Source of the DNA: Gnetum montanum
Lineage: Eukaryota; Plantae; Gnetophyta
NCBI GenBank assembly: GCA_015680685.1
Contig: MNCI01002316.1
Location: forward strand, 1 to 64,000
Direction of reading: 5' to 3'
DNA: 64,000 nt
Below are positions 28,627 through 39,785 of this stretch, in pieces. A program made the translations under genes and the position numbers. The notes under the pieces were generated by a model. That model ran no database searches. It saw only the letters and a program-made list of their open reading frames with translations, and was not told the DNA's origin. Positions within the stretch are counted from its first letter, which is position 1. The number at the start of each line of letters is the position of its first letter.

Positions 28627-30641
28627 TTAGCCTTTTTTCTTTTCAATTTTGAATGTCATTATACGGATAACATCATCATCAAGTTTCAGCTGTTTTTCAA
28701 AACTAGCAATTGCTTCAGGCTTTGTAAAATATGTGAACAAGAGGTATATTCCATCTGTGAAGGTTTTCTTCTCTCCGGACATCATTCTCTTGCTCACTGC
28801 ATAAGAGAGTGGCATCAAACCACGGTTGAATGCTTCAACACACATTCCACCACCAGCAACTAATGTCTGAAAAGTGAATTAAGGCAATTAAACATTTTAA
28901 AATTCCATCTGGTACTCACTGTCAATCAAAGTTGCATATACTGAACAAATAACGACAATAAATAAAAATGATACAAAAAATCTGGGAACATCTGAAATTT
29001 TTTGTTTTTTAAAATATGAAAACACTAGGAAGATCTGGCGGTATGTTATAAAAATTAAATAATTTCCATGTAAAGGGAAGATCCACAAGAAAAAGTTAAG
29101 CTGAAATAGAATTTTCACATTGGTCTATGAGAAAATATCATTTTAGCTCAGTTGCTAATGACGTTACAGCTTAATTTGTAAGTTATATGTTTGTCAGCTA
29201 CTAAAGTTGCAAGTTTGAGTTACAACCACTTACCCTTGACTTTAAAAAAACAGCGGCTGCCAGGTAACTCTAAACAAAAAAAGGAGATTGCCTGTCAATT
29301 ACTTTTTGTTCTAAATCTCCCTTTAAAAATGTTTCAAGTATTTTGACACTCTCACCAAAGTTTAATTAACAGACAATCGCATTTCATTGCTTTGCTTTGC
29401 TGATATTTTTCAAGGGTATCAGTTTCCTGCCACTGCTTGTATGGACTCGTGTTGCGGCCACCATTTGCCTTTCCCGTGTGAATCATAAATGTTGAAAGTA
29501 GCCTTACACACTCCACCATAACTCTCAACATGTTGTAAATACTCTCAGATATACATATGCTTGACGTCTTTGAAAACTTAATGCTCATACATATCACAGG
29601 AAGGTGAGAAAAATGAACCTTTTTTGAGGGAAATTTTGGAAAATAAATGCAAAGAAAACATCTAATCAAACCATAAAATGCCTCCTTGCATAATTCTACT
29701 AGAACTATACCCCTAGCTTGACGGCAGTGTTAAAAATTTGCTAAACCAAGGTGGGCTGGAGGTTTGGGAATCACTAAGATTGTAGACCCATCATCTTGGT
29801 GTCCTCATTCTTTATGCTTTAATGGGCTGTCTATCCGGGCCCTCTATGCCCAGACACTAATGTAATTTATTTGCCTATCCTCTCTCTAATCAAATCCTGC
29901 CCCTTTGCTTTGGGTAAGGCTTGTTCAGAAATGCTGCAAGCTTTATACATAATAAAGGAAGTCCAGAAGCATAAAATTAGATTAGATAATGAATAATAAA
30001 TTAATAATATTATGAAGCACTTGGCTCTTTGTATGCAAATTCCGATTGCATCATATCATTTCTCGTGCTCTGCTAATTTCAGAATCTAACGACAATGATA
30101 GCTTGTTCGTGAAACTGACACTCCTGCGCTGCAATCTCAATTCTCTGAGCATTATAACTTGGAAATGATCAAAAGGCAGGGCAAATCTCTTAAAAACCCG
30201 TACCTCTTCGTAGCGATTAGTGAGGGCAGCTTTCTCCTGCTCGGTGATATCAGGTCTGATGATAACCATGGTCTCGTAAGGTCGAAGACCAGGGGGGCAG
30301 TCGCGCGCAGAGGCATCGCCGTCAAGCAGAGACAGGGAACCCTGGCCGTAGCGGCCTTGGCCATTTCCTGCGGCATCGCTGCCGCGCTCTGAGGAGAAGA
30401 AAAGGCCCTCAAAGTCCACATCATCAGTTCCTGCTGCTGCTGCCCTAGCGCACAGAATCTCGCCTCTCTGCTGCAACTGGCTCTTCCGGTTCCTGGCCAG
30501 AATGCACGTTTTTGCGCTCGAAAGCGAGGAATTCGACAAAAGAAGTGTGCGATGACAAGTAGAGGCAGAGGCAGTGGAAATGGAATGTGTGCAGGAAACA
30601 GGACGGGCTCTTAACAGAGTTGGAGATGCCAGGGACGCCAT
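28627..30641 (-). CDS. RPS6: Nuclear-encoded plastid 30S ribosomal protein S6 (bS6c); exon 1 30641-30204, exon 2 28866-28627; 225 aa including transit peptide
   Basis: GCAGCC-ATG-GC start and Ser/Thr/Ala-rich transit peptide (MASLASPTLL..). Sequence CPPGLRPYETMVIIRPD..YEE|TLVAGGGMCVEAFNRG..PLSY..DGIYLLFTYFTKPE..DDDVIR matches plant PRPS6. Phase-0 intron 30203-28867 with GAG|GTACGG donor and TTTTCAG|ACA acceptor. Confidence 0.95.
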
Positions 30642-31402
30642 GGCTGCTGCTTCTGGATATGGAGCCAAGATAGGCATGCAACGCTTTCCGTCCCCACTTT
30701 TTATTTTGGTTTTCAATTCGGGTTCGGTTTATCTATTCCGGACGTTAATTAATTCGTGATTCTGTAATAATTTTTGTATAATTATATCAATTTGGTAATT
30801 ATTCCTTAAATGCTATGTTTAGAGATATTTAAAATTTTAATACCAAAACTTATTTTTTGGCCGAGAAGCTATTACCACTCATAATTGGGTAACGTTGACT
30901 TACCACTCATATTTCGGTAACGCCAACTTTGTACATAAAGCTGACGTATTATGAAAGGTTACGTCGTGTTATGAAAGATTACAAATGTGCAGAAAATGAT
31001 AAAAAAGTTACAGCATACAAAAGTGTTCATTTATGCTAATAAAACCAGCTCTCCAGGAATGAGGCTTTAGGGTGCCCGCATTGTAACGCAAAAATTATTC
31101 CACTTGCGCCAACTCTTGAAATCAAAGACCCTGCGCCAACTCTTGAAATCAAAGACCCTGCCCACAACCAAAACGGATAGAAAATTGGATGCCGTAGCGC
31201 ACAACCAGCACGATAAACAGACAGCAGAGAAGCCATGACGGTCAAACAAATCCCGTGACTTGTTCACACATTGCACCCAAACTTTCCTCTCACTTACTCC
31301 CTTCTCAGACCAACACACAGCCTACCCTCGCCACAAGTAAATCTCACTTATCATTTCAACACAAAACCCAAAAACACTCTCTCACAGAAGCATCACACCC
31401 TA
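30642..31402. promoter_or_regulatory. Divergent (head-to-head) intergenic/promoter region of RPS6 and the root-cap-like gene
   Basis: ~760 bp between oppositely oriented ATGs; CpG-retaining; ACGT cores near 30945 and 30961; several short tandem duplications. Confidence 0.55.
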
Positions 31403-31770
31403 ATGGCTTCTTCTTCTTCTTCTTCTTTGCTTGCAATCTCCCAAGCAACTGTTCTTCTTCTGCTGTGCCCGATTCTCTTGGCAGGATCAGCAGTTGCAAA
31501 AGAATTCTCTTGGCAGGACCAACAGTTGCAGAAGAATTCTCTTGGCAAGACCAACAGTTGCAGAAGAAAAGAATTTAGGTGTGCGAACTCGTTTCACAAA
31601 ACTATCCAAAAGAGTAGGAGCAGGGGGTGGAGGAGGAGCCAAAGCAGGAGAATCCACGATATGCCTAAGCAAAGGCAAGTGTTTTTTGAAGATGCTCTAC
31701 TATCCCAAGGAATGCCCTGCGCGGAAACCCAGGGATCCCGGATCCAAGGCATGTTACGTGAATTGCAATC
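31403..31770 (+). pseudogene. Frameshifted, 3'-truncated root-cap / LEA-related secreted protein gene
   Basis: Signal peptide MASSSSSSLLAISQATVLLLLCPILLAGSAVA. In another frame, ICLSKGKCFLKMLYYPKECPARKPRDPGSKACYVNCN resembles the Cys-rich N-terminal module (C....C..K.L.CP.ECP.RKP......C..DC) of Root_cap family proteins. No downstream CYDPRF.GGDG was seen. Confidence 0.75.
31472..31567 (+). repeat. 3 x 32-bp tandem repeat
   Basis: ATTCTCTTGGCAGGA(T/C)CA(G/A)CAGTTGCA(A/G)AAGA at 31472, 31504 and 31536. Confidence 0.95.
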
Positions 31771-32279
31771 ATCACCACATTTGTGACTTGTTTTGGTATG
31801 CTTTTGATATATCACCAACATGTTTTACATATTTTAGTTTTGATTTCGTTTTGAATGTTTAATATATAGTTGGTTTGAATTTTGGAAATTTACGGGTGTT
31901 GACTGTAGAGATGGTGAATGGATCAAGGAATTTGCAGTAGCGAAGAAGACCCCCAACTACTCCTCCGTCACCCAAAGGAAACACCCCTGGCTAATTCTCA
32001 TTCTCTAATCCTACCCACGTATTCCTTGCATTTCATTTCTATAATCTATACCACACGGACATCCTACTTTTATTCACCTTTCTTTACTGGCTTCCTTTGG
32101 GTTCATTGTAAATACCAAATACCCTATATTGAATCTTATGTCGTGATTCTATAAATGCCAAAATTTATGAATTATAATGCAAAATGCTTTAGGCCAAAGG
32201 TGAATTGTAAGCATTACCCTTGCACCTTCACATATAAGCAAAGATTGCATTGCTTGTTGCAGTAGATAGTTGTTGCACT

Positions 32280-34620
32280 ACTTGTTGCAGTAGATGGCTG
32301 TTGTTGCTAATCTTGAAGAGAGTGTTCTTCACCTTCTCTATTGGTATTAATAATAGCAGGATCCATGTTTCTAAAAATGCATGAATTCTAATATTGCACT
32401 TCTTAATCTTGTAACATGATGCCTAAGTTCAATGTTTTTAAATACTACATCACACCGTAACCGTCATCACCTTAACCATTGCCATGCTCGTAACCGTCAC
32501 TGTAACCCTAATCGTCACCGTTTATAATAATAATAAATATTCATTATTACTGTAATCGTAACCATCACTATTCATAATAATAATAAATATTCAATATTAC
32601 ACATCATTTATAATAATAAATATTCATTATTACCCTCATCGGGCCCTACACGTGAGAGAATACAAAGAGATGAATAGGGAGCCCAAGGGTCAGGGGGCGT
32701 CAATTGAACAGAGATTCGACTCTCTTGCAGTGACTCTTTAGCTCTCTTGCATGTGGTGCGTGCATATGAAGGAATATAAAAAGATGAATGGGAACCTCAG
32801 GGGTTAGGGGACATTAATCGAGTAGAGATTCAACTCCCCTACACTGATTCTTTAGCTCTCATGCATGTGGCGCATGCACGTGAGGGAATATGAAAAGATC
32901 AAACTAAATTGGCACTGCAACATATATTTGTAATGCATATTCATTCGCTGCATGTGGGTCCTCTACTTTTGGTTGAATTCAATAATATGCTAAGAAACAT
33001 TTCGCTGCATACATTGCACGAACGTGGATTTGCAAAACTTCTAACTGCAATATTAAAATTATGTANGGTGGATTTGCAAAACTTCTAACTGCAATATTAA
33101 AATTATGTATTGCTTGAGCAATTTCTATACTTACCTTTTATAATTTTGGGAAAGACTGAATAGGTTCTGAAGAAGGCATTTCCATTGTTAGTGCACTGGC
33201 AACATCTATAGCTTCATTTATTTGATGAAATGAATTTTTTTCTTGTCAACGTTGCCTCTTTTGGTGCTCACTTGCATTATAATGCAGTTGTTCTTGATCT
33301 TCTTGAATTGTTGTTCTTCTTCATGTGTGATTTTTGGAACAGATGTTGCTTAATTAATAAGCACAAATGCATTTCTAATGTCCTGCAAAAAATGTTTCAA
33401 AATTTAAACTAAGAATTGAATTAAACTATTTACCAACTTGAGTATGGGCAAACACCAACCTGCATTTCTTCTTAATTATTTACATTATTAGTATCAATAA
33501 TGTGGATCATTGCATTGGATAAATTTCCAGTGATGAGAGGGGATTTAAAGTTGACGTAACCTAAATATATATATGCAATGTAAGTATGTAAATAAAATGA
33601 GAAGATTTTCCTATGATAAATATTTGTTTTGAAATATTAAAAAATGGATAAATTACATACTCCTAAATTTCGTAGAATTAGTTTTTGTTCTCATTCATGT
33701 CGTTTTGCTTCTCCTTTGAGAAATCATCTTCTCTCCTCTGCAGTCATCGATTTTGGATTTTTAGTTTCTATAATCCATGGTTGTTTTCTTCTTCGGCCAT
33801 GCCCACATGCATGCCCACTGCCATGACCTCCATAAATTGTATTACTTGTTGTAGTAGATGATTGTTGTTGCTAATCTTGAAGAGAGTGCTCTTCGCCTTT
33901 TCTATTGGGATGAATAGCAGCAGGATCCATGTTTCTGAAAATGCACAAATTCCAATATTGCACCTCTTAATCTTGTAAAAAAATGCCCAAGTTCAATATC
34001 TATAAATACTGTACCACACCAAAACCGTCATCACCTTAATCATCACCATGATCGTAACCATCACCATTTTTATTAATAATAAATATTCATTATTGTCCAC
34101 TATTTATAATAAAAAATATTCACTGTAATCGTAATTGTCACCATTTATAATAATAATAACTATTCAATATTACCCATCATTTATAATAATAAATATTCAT
34201 TGGTTACCCATGTCGAGGCCTACATGTGAGGGAATACAACGAAACAAATGGGAAGCCTAGGGGTCAGGGGCATCAATCGAATAAAGATTTAGCTTCCCTG
34301 CAATGACTCTTTGGCTTCCCTACACATGATGCATGCACATGAGAGAATATGAAAAGATGAATGGGGAGCCCAAGGGTTGAGTGCATCAATTGAATAGAGA
34401 TTTAGCTCCCCTACAGTGACTCTTTGGCTCCACTGCATGTGGTGCATGCGTGTGAGGAAATATGAAGAGACAAATGGGGAGCCCAAGGGTCAAGGGATGC
34501 TAATCTAATAGAGATTTAGCTCCCTTGTAGTGACTCTTTGGCTTTTTGACTTTTCATATTTTTCTCCCCTATAGTGACTCTTTGGCTCCCCTGCACATGG
34601 TGCATTACATGGAGGCCGAC
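32280..34620. repeat. Two diverged direct copies (~32280-32900 and ~33844-34620) of an unclassified repeat, with ~110-bp internal tandem subunits and TAATAATAAATATTCA repeats
   Basis: ACTTGTTG(C/T)AGTAGATG..TGTTGTTGCTAATCTTGAAGAGAGTG begins both copies. The GAGCCCAAGGGTCAGGGG..AGAGATT..GTGACTCTTT subunit occurs 2x and 3x+. Confidence 0.75.
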
Positions 34621-34899
34621 AAATCCACCACCCCATCGCCCCCCATCCTATGAGAACATGGAGGGCGACAAATCCACTCCTCTCTCTCTCATTTTTCTCA
34701 TTTTTTCCCAAAAGTGAAATATATTAAATCATAAAACAAAATGGATTACAAGATCATGGCAAAACAAACATAGCAGGATTTAAGATCTACCGGTAGGCTC
34801 AGCAATTATAGCTCAGAGAGCATTATTTATCCTCCTAGTGTCATAAAGGAAAGACAAAATTGGTGTCACCAATGCTTGTACCTGACATGGTTACAAGTA

Positions 34900-36250
34900 A
34901 CATGGGATACTTTATGCACTAGTGCTTGTACCTAACATTGTTACAAGTAACATGGGCATGCTTCATGCAAGCTATAGTAGGCAGCATGAGGTAAGTGAAC
35001 TAAGGAAGTAGCCTAGCAGAAAATGGAAGACAATGTGTAAGCCAAGAAGGAATTAGTCATCATGATTAGTCAAAGGATGCTTAGGTAGTGATGCAATCCA
35101 ATAAAACACCATAAGATACAAACAAATACTATCCAAAAGGTTTATGGGTAGATTTTATGGGTGAGAGACAATTCCTAGTTGATCACGAGAAACACCATCG
35201 CAAGAAGCACATCCATTGACATAGTAGATCTATAGGACTCAAAAGGATCCATAAAATTATTAAAAATCTAAAACTTCATGGCTGCAAACTCCCTACATTG
35301 ATGCTTGGTCATAGGACCTTCATCAACAATGGAATGGGGAAGTACAACATTAGGATAAGCAAGGCTTGACATTTGTGACAAGGATTAAGGTGAGGACAAA
35401 ATGGTATCAAGGGCCAGGTTAGTGTTGGGATCACGAGGTGGGAACATTGGTGAAGAGTAAATATGGTGGTGGAAGAGGGTCTAGGTACATAATTAATATA
35501 GCACAAGAACCAAGAATGATCAAGGTTCATTATCTAAGATTTCAGTGGATGTGCATGGGATGTTGGGAGACTTGCACTTATAGGGCAGAAGCCAAATTAG
35601 CTTCTAGTGAATAGGCAACAGCTAAAAGACGTACAAGGTAGGATTCGCCTCCTTCAAGGGTTGTGCAAGGGGCTAAGGAGGTGTGGAAGGAGATAGCAAT
35701 GAAGGTAGGATTCGCCTCCTTCAAGGGTTGTGCAAAAAATGTTGATCCATAGGATAAAGGAGGAGTGAAGGATAGCATATGACTAGAACCTACATTTGTA
35801 GTCTAGTCCAAAATAGTAGTGGCCCAAATGTTGTTATACTTTGCTTAAGTGTACTTGTGTAATATAGGTTGCCCACATGCTTTAGTGTTTGTTGCTTATC
35901 TTCTTAATAGATACTGGTGTCTATGATGCCTCAAGCGTGAGCAAGAGCCTCAAGAATGGTCTCATGCTCGTAGATAGACATGTCATTTGTGAGTGTGAGG
36001 TAGAGTGAATAGTCAACAATGTTAAGTAAAAAGCTAGAATGTTAAGTGCGAGGTTGTTCTTTAGGCTCCAAGAACCCTGAGGTAGTTTAGCACAACATTG
36101 GTGTAGAAACAATCATTGAAGAGATGCTACATGATTTCCTCCTCATGAAGGCCTAACATACATTGGTGAAGGTCATGGACAATGTGGCAACACATATTGA
36201 CCCAAGTGAGTAGGTCATCTTGAAGTAAGTGCCATGTGAAAACTTAAATT
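34900..36250 (-). mobile_element. Possible highly degenerate LINE (endonuclease region)
   Basis: Weak minus-strand motifs (SWFLCYI.Y.P, FNNFMD...IDL, SDH-like) in L1 endonuclease order; no long ORF. Confidence 0.25.
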
Positions 36251-36387
36251 CAAAGAGTAATTGGAATTTTCCTTACATTGATGAGGAGAGGAAAGGATGA
36301 TGGAAAAACAAGATGGTAAATAGCATGTAATATAAGGGTATCAAATGGAGAGATCTCAAGAGCAAAGATGATGGAAAGATGTGGTGC

Positions 36388-36497
36388 ATGTGTGTGTGTG
36401 TGTGTGGGGGGGGGGTGTTGTGTCTGGAGGGAAGAGAGTGGGAGGAGAGGGGGTGGGTGTGGCTAGGCTGGTTAGGTGGGGGAGGGGGGGAGGGGTG
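36388..36497 (+). repeat. (TG)n microsatellite followed by a G-rich low-complexity tract
   Basis: TGTGTG..GGGGGGGGG..GGGGGAGGGGGGGAGGGG. Confidence 0.8.
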
Positions 36498-39400
36498 TTT
36501 GTTTTGTTGGACCCCCAAAAAATGAATAGTAATATTTTTAAAAAAATCAAAGGACATTAGATTATTGAAGAGAGAGTCTTAAAAAAAAGCTCAAAAAAAC
36601 AAGGTTTTAGCAATGAGGATTTTAGCATTGATTTAAGGCAATAAGGGGTCTAGCATTGATATTACGTGCAATGTTGCCAAATTTAATATGTGATCCTTCA
36701 AGTAGATCCACTGCTTCTTTATCTTTCTATGAATTACCTAATGATTTAAAAACTTCTTCAATGACTAAGAAGAAACAAATATATATTGTTAGGTTTCATA
36801 GAATCTTCTTGTTAATTTAGATCATTTTCAATTAGTTCTTCATAATAAAACAACATTAAGGAAGTCTAATCTATTAGTGATCACATGTTAAATCTTTAGA
36901 ATGAACAACATGTTCAAGATATTTTAACTACTAATAATTCATTTGTAGCTATTGGTTAAGATGTAGAGATAATATCTTTTGATAATGTTGATTCTATTGA
37001 TATGGTGGGGGCTTCCTCCTCCTCTACCCAATGTTAATCTTTTCATGGAATGTCCAATTTCCTACCCTAGAGAAAAGGTTTTAAAGATTGGCTATAAGGA
37101 TGAAAATCTAAAAATACATTTCCAAAATAGTTTAGCCTTTTCTTTTTATTGATTTGGAGTTTTTCCTCTATGTAGTGCTCCTATACTTTTGTACTCTAGA
37201 TTTTTATTTTTAATATACATATTTTTTGGGTCCAACATCTGCTAAAGAAAAAGCCTAATGATTTTGGAGATGTCTTTTCTAATTTTCATCCTTACAACCA
37301 ATTTTGAAAACCCACCCTTTGGGATAGGAAAAGGATTGGGCCTTGACCTTATTCAAAAGCACCCTCACGATTTTTCACTTCTTACTAAAGGATTTATTGG
37401 AAGAAGTGAGAACTATGAGGTTTTCTTAACATTATGTTTACTAAAGTATCATGGGCACATATAATCACCTAGTTTTAATTACTAACCTTTCAAGCCTAAA
37501 TTCCTAAATCTTTGCACTTGCTTTGGAAAGCATATAGAGCCTTGTACCCTCTTGTTATTCTTTCTTTGACGTAGTTTTTCTACTTGCCTATAATAAAGCC
37601 AATGATAAATGATTGAAATGGTTAGCTCTTTGTCTTGACTTGAGGTATTATTATATTTCTCTATAATTCTTCTAATGTATCTTGTTGGTAACCCTCTTAC
37701 GTGCAATTGAATAATGATTGATATGGTAAAGAAAGATATGAAAGAAAGCACTAAAGAAAGATATGGTAACCCTCTATGAAAGAAAGATATGATCATATGG
37801 TAAATTGATAAAGCACTAAAGGCCTTAGTTATAAACATATCATTTGTTTACAAAAACTAAATAATATGAAAGATGAAATTAAAATTAATATAAAGCTCTA
37901 TCTTTCTAAACAAGTTTGCTACTTTATAATACTATTCTATTTCTAATAATGAAGTTTTAGCCTAGTTCATGAAGTGTCAAAGTGTTGTGTCGACAGGCCC
38001 TTGTCGACATGGCCCCATTGATGTGATGTTGCCCCATCGATGGGGCCACGTCAACATAGCATTTTCTACATTTATGAGGCCCTGTTTATGTATCTCCATA
38101 ATAAAGTCTATAAATACGTGCTCAATTGTTGTGTTTATGGGAATGCCTTGTCATAGGCTTAGCGAAGTACTTGCAGTTTGTTCATTTGAGAGTTAGAATA
38201 TTTTCTAAGTTTTTGCAACAGGAGTCAGAAAGCGTACAGATCTTTATTCAAGCACTAATGTACCTAAGCACAACAATGTGAATAATAATAAAGACAAGCC
38301 TTTTGATAAACCTTTGTAGCACTTGGAAATAGATTAATTAATTATTTAAGCATTTAATGTTTTAAGTGATTTCCTTTAATGCTTTAAGTAATTAAATAAT
38401 TAATTAGGCTAAACTAAGCTAGATTAAGTAGCAATTAATTAAGAACATAAGTACAACCACTTCGAGCATACACTTGATGTTTGGTGATCCTAGTAACACT
38501 TAACATTTGGTAACCTAGTAATGTTAAACGTGTTTAGAATGTGTATGGCAAGTGGGAACGGATGCTTATGTTAGGATTAGTTAGGTATAGTTAGTTAGAT
38601 TAAATTAGCAATTGAATTACTTCATTCCTTCCATACTTTGTTTTAAGCACCTAAAATATAAAACATAAAAATAATAAAAATCATATATCTCGATTACACT
38701 TAACCATACCTTTGCATATCACAAGTGTAATTGGGAAGACAATGAATGATTGTTAGGGAAATTTCACTTTCTAGAGACTAGTGTACCAAAAGACATAGAA
38801 TCCATAGAATTCAACTGGATCATGCGTGAATAGTTAGTGATTCATATGATTGAGTGTAGGGATACTTGTCACTCATCATTGGCATTGTTGCTAGGGATTG
38901 TTTTTGCTTAAAACATGCACTATCTAGGTATAGTAAAAATCATTAATATCATTGGATGAACCCTAAGATTAAAAATCATTCTAAAAATAAATATAATACT
39001 TTAAGCACACTAATAACTTATTTTAATTATAGAATGTCTTTTTCTCACAAGTGTGATGATACTAAACCTTCCTCAAGAGTTCAATGTGGTATATACTCAT
39101 CCAGATGAGTATGCACCTAACTTCACCTTCATCTTACACTAGGATGAACAATTGTAGTGGCAAGATATGGAGGGTAACATTGTAATGCTTCCTGATCGAT
39201 CTGTGCCTGGGATTCTACTCTAAACTCTTAGGAGGTTGTGCATCTATGATCTTCAAGAAGGGTACGTTGTGCATGAATATGACTACGAGGACTACTATCC
39301 TACTAAAACATAATGCAAGAGAGATTGACACTAGGAGAAGCACCATGAGGTTATGAAGGGAAAATGGTTCACCAATCCCTTAACCAAAATAATAATGAGG

Positions 39401-39785
39401 ATCCTCCTTCTACAGGTTGTCAACATGAAGAATCTCCACCCCTTGATATTGGTGATTGGAGCTTGAACCTAAAGCTACAATCCACTATCAGTAATCTATG
39501 TTCAGGCAAAAGTGGGAGTCCAAGCATGGGCTTGAACAAGTATCAGGATGACAAGAAAGCTAATGAACATGGTCATGACAAGCATAGAGGAGGTGGTAGA
39601 TACCATGGTGGTGGTAGTCATCCTCCCTCTTCGTCCTTTTCGTTTGCATCTTCTTCTTCATCTTCTAGTTCTGATAGACACCACCTAAAGGACAATAGTG
39701 ATGAAGATGAATAGTGGGACAATAATGATTGCTAGGCCACCATGAATGAAGGGGTAGTAGAGGACATCATAAGCATCATCAAAAT

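Larger units (their letters stand above)
26479..29044 (-). repeat. Tandem array of six 349-457 bp units, each carrying the intron 3' end and last exon of plastid RPS6
   Basis: Unit junctions (GTAT) at 26479, 26936, 27393, 27742, 28167, 28603 and 29041. Six ORFs contain DGIY(L/F)LFTYFTK. Confidence 0.97.

Noticed and set aside
26453-28863. Repeated + strand ORFs (e.g. 27747-28004, 28172-28426, 28606-28863)
   Set aside because: Antisense shadows of the RPS6 exon copies.
26434-28866. Six separate RPS6 genes or a plastid DNA insertion
   Set aside because: There is only one exon 1/transit peptide; the units include spliceosomal intron sequence; rps6 is not plastid-encoded in land plants.
30051-30203. 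Read-through tail of the 221-aa ORF (VRVFKRF...)
   Set aside because: Intron sequence: S6 homology ends at YEE, exactly at a GT donor.
30642-30716. N-terminal extension of RPS6 in the ORF track (starts at 30716 or 30677)
   Set aside because: The ATG at 30641 has the best context (GCAGCCATGGC) and begins a typical MAS.. transit peptide; the upstream ATG cannot be fully excluded.
31271-31786. 171-aa ORF as an intact gene
   Set aside because: After the 32-bp repeats it is out of frame with the conserved Cys-rich module; it is a frameshift product.
33024-33110. Exact ~42-bp duplication around a single N at 33066
   Set aside because: Typical contig-overlap artefact at a scaffold join.
39364-39714. 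116-aa Ser/His/Gly-rich ORF
   Set aside because: Low-complexity gag leader of element C, between its PBS and gag core.
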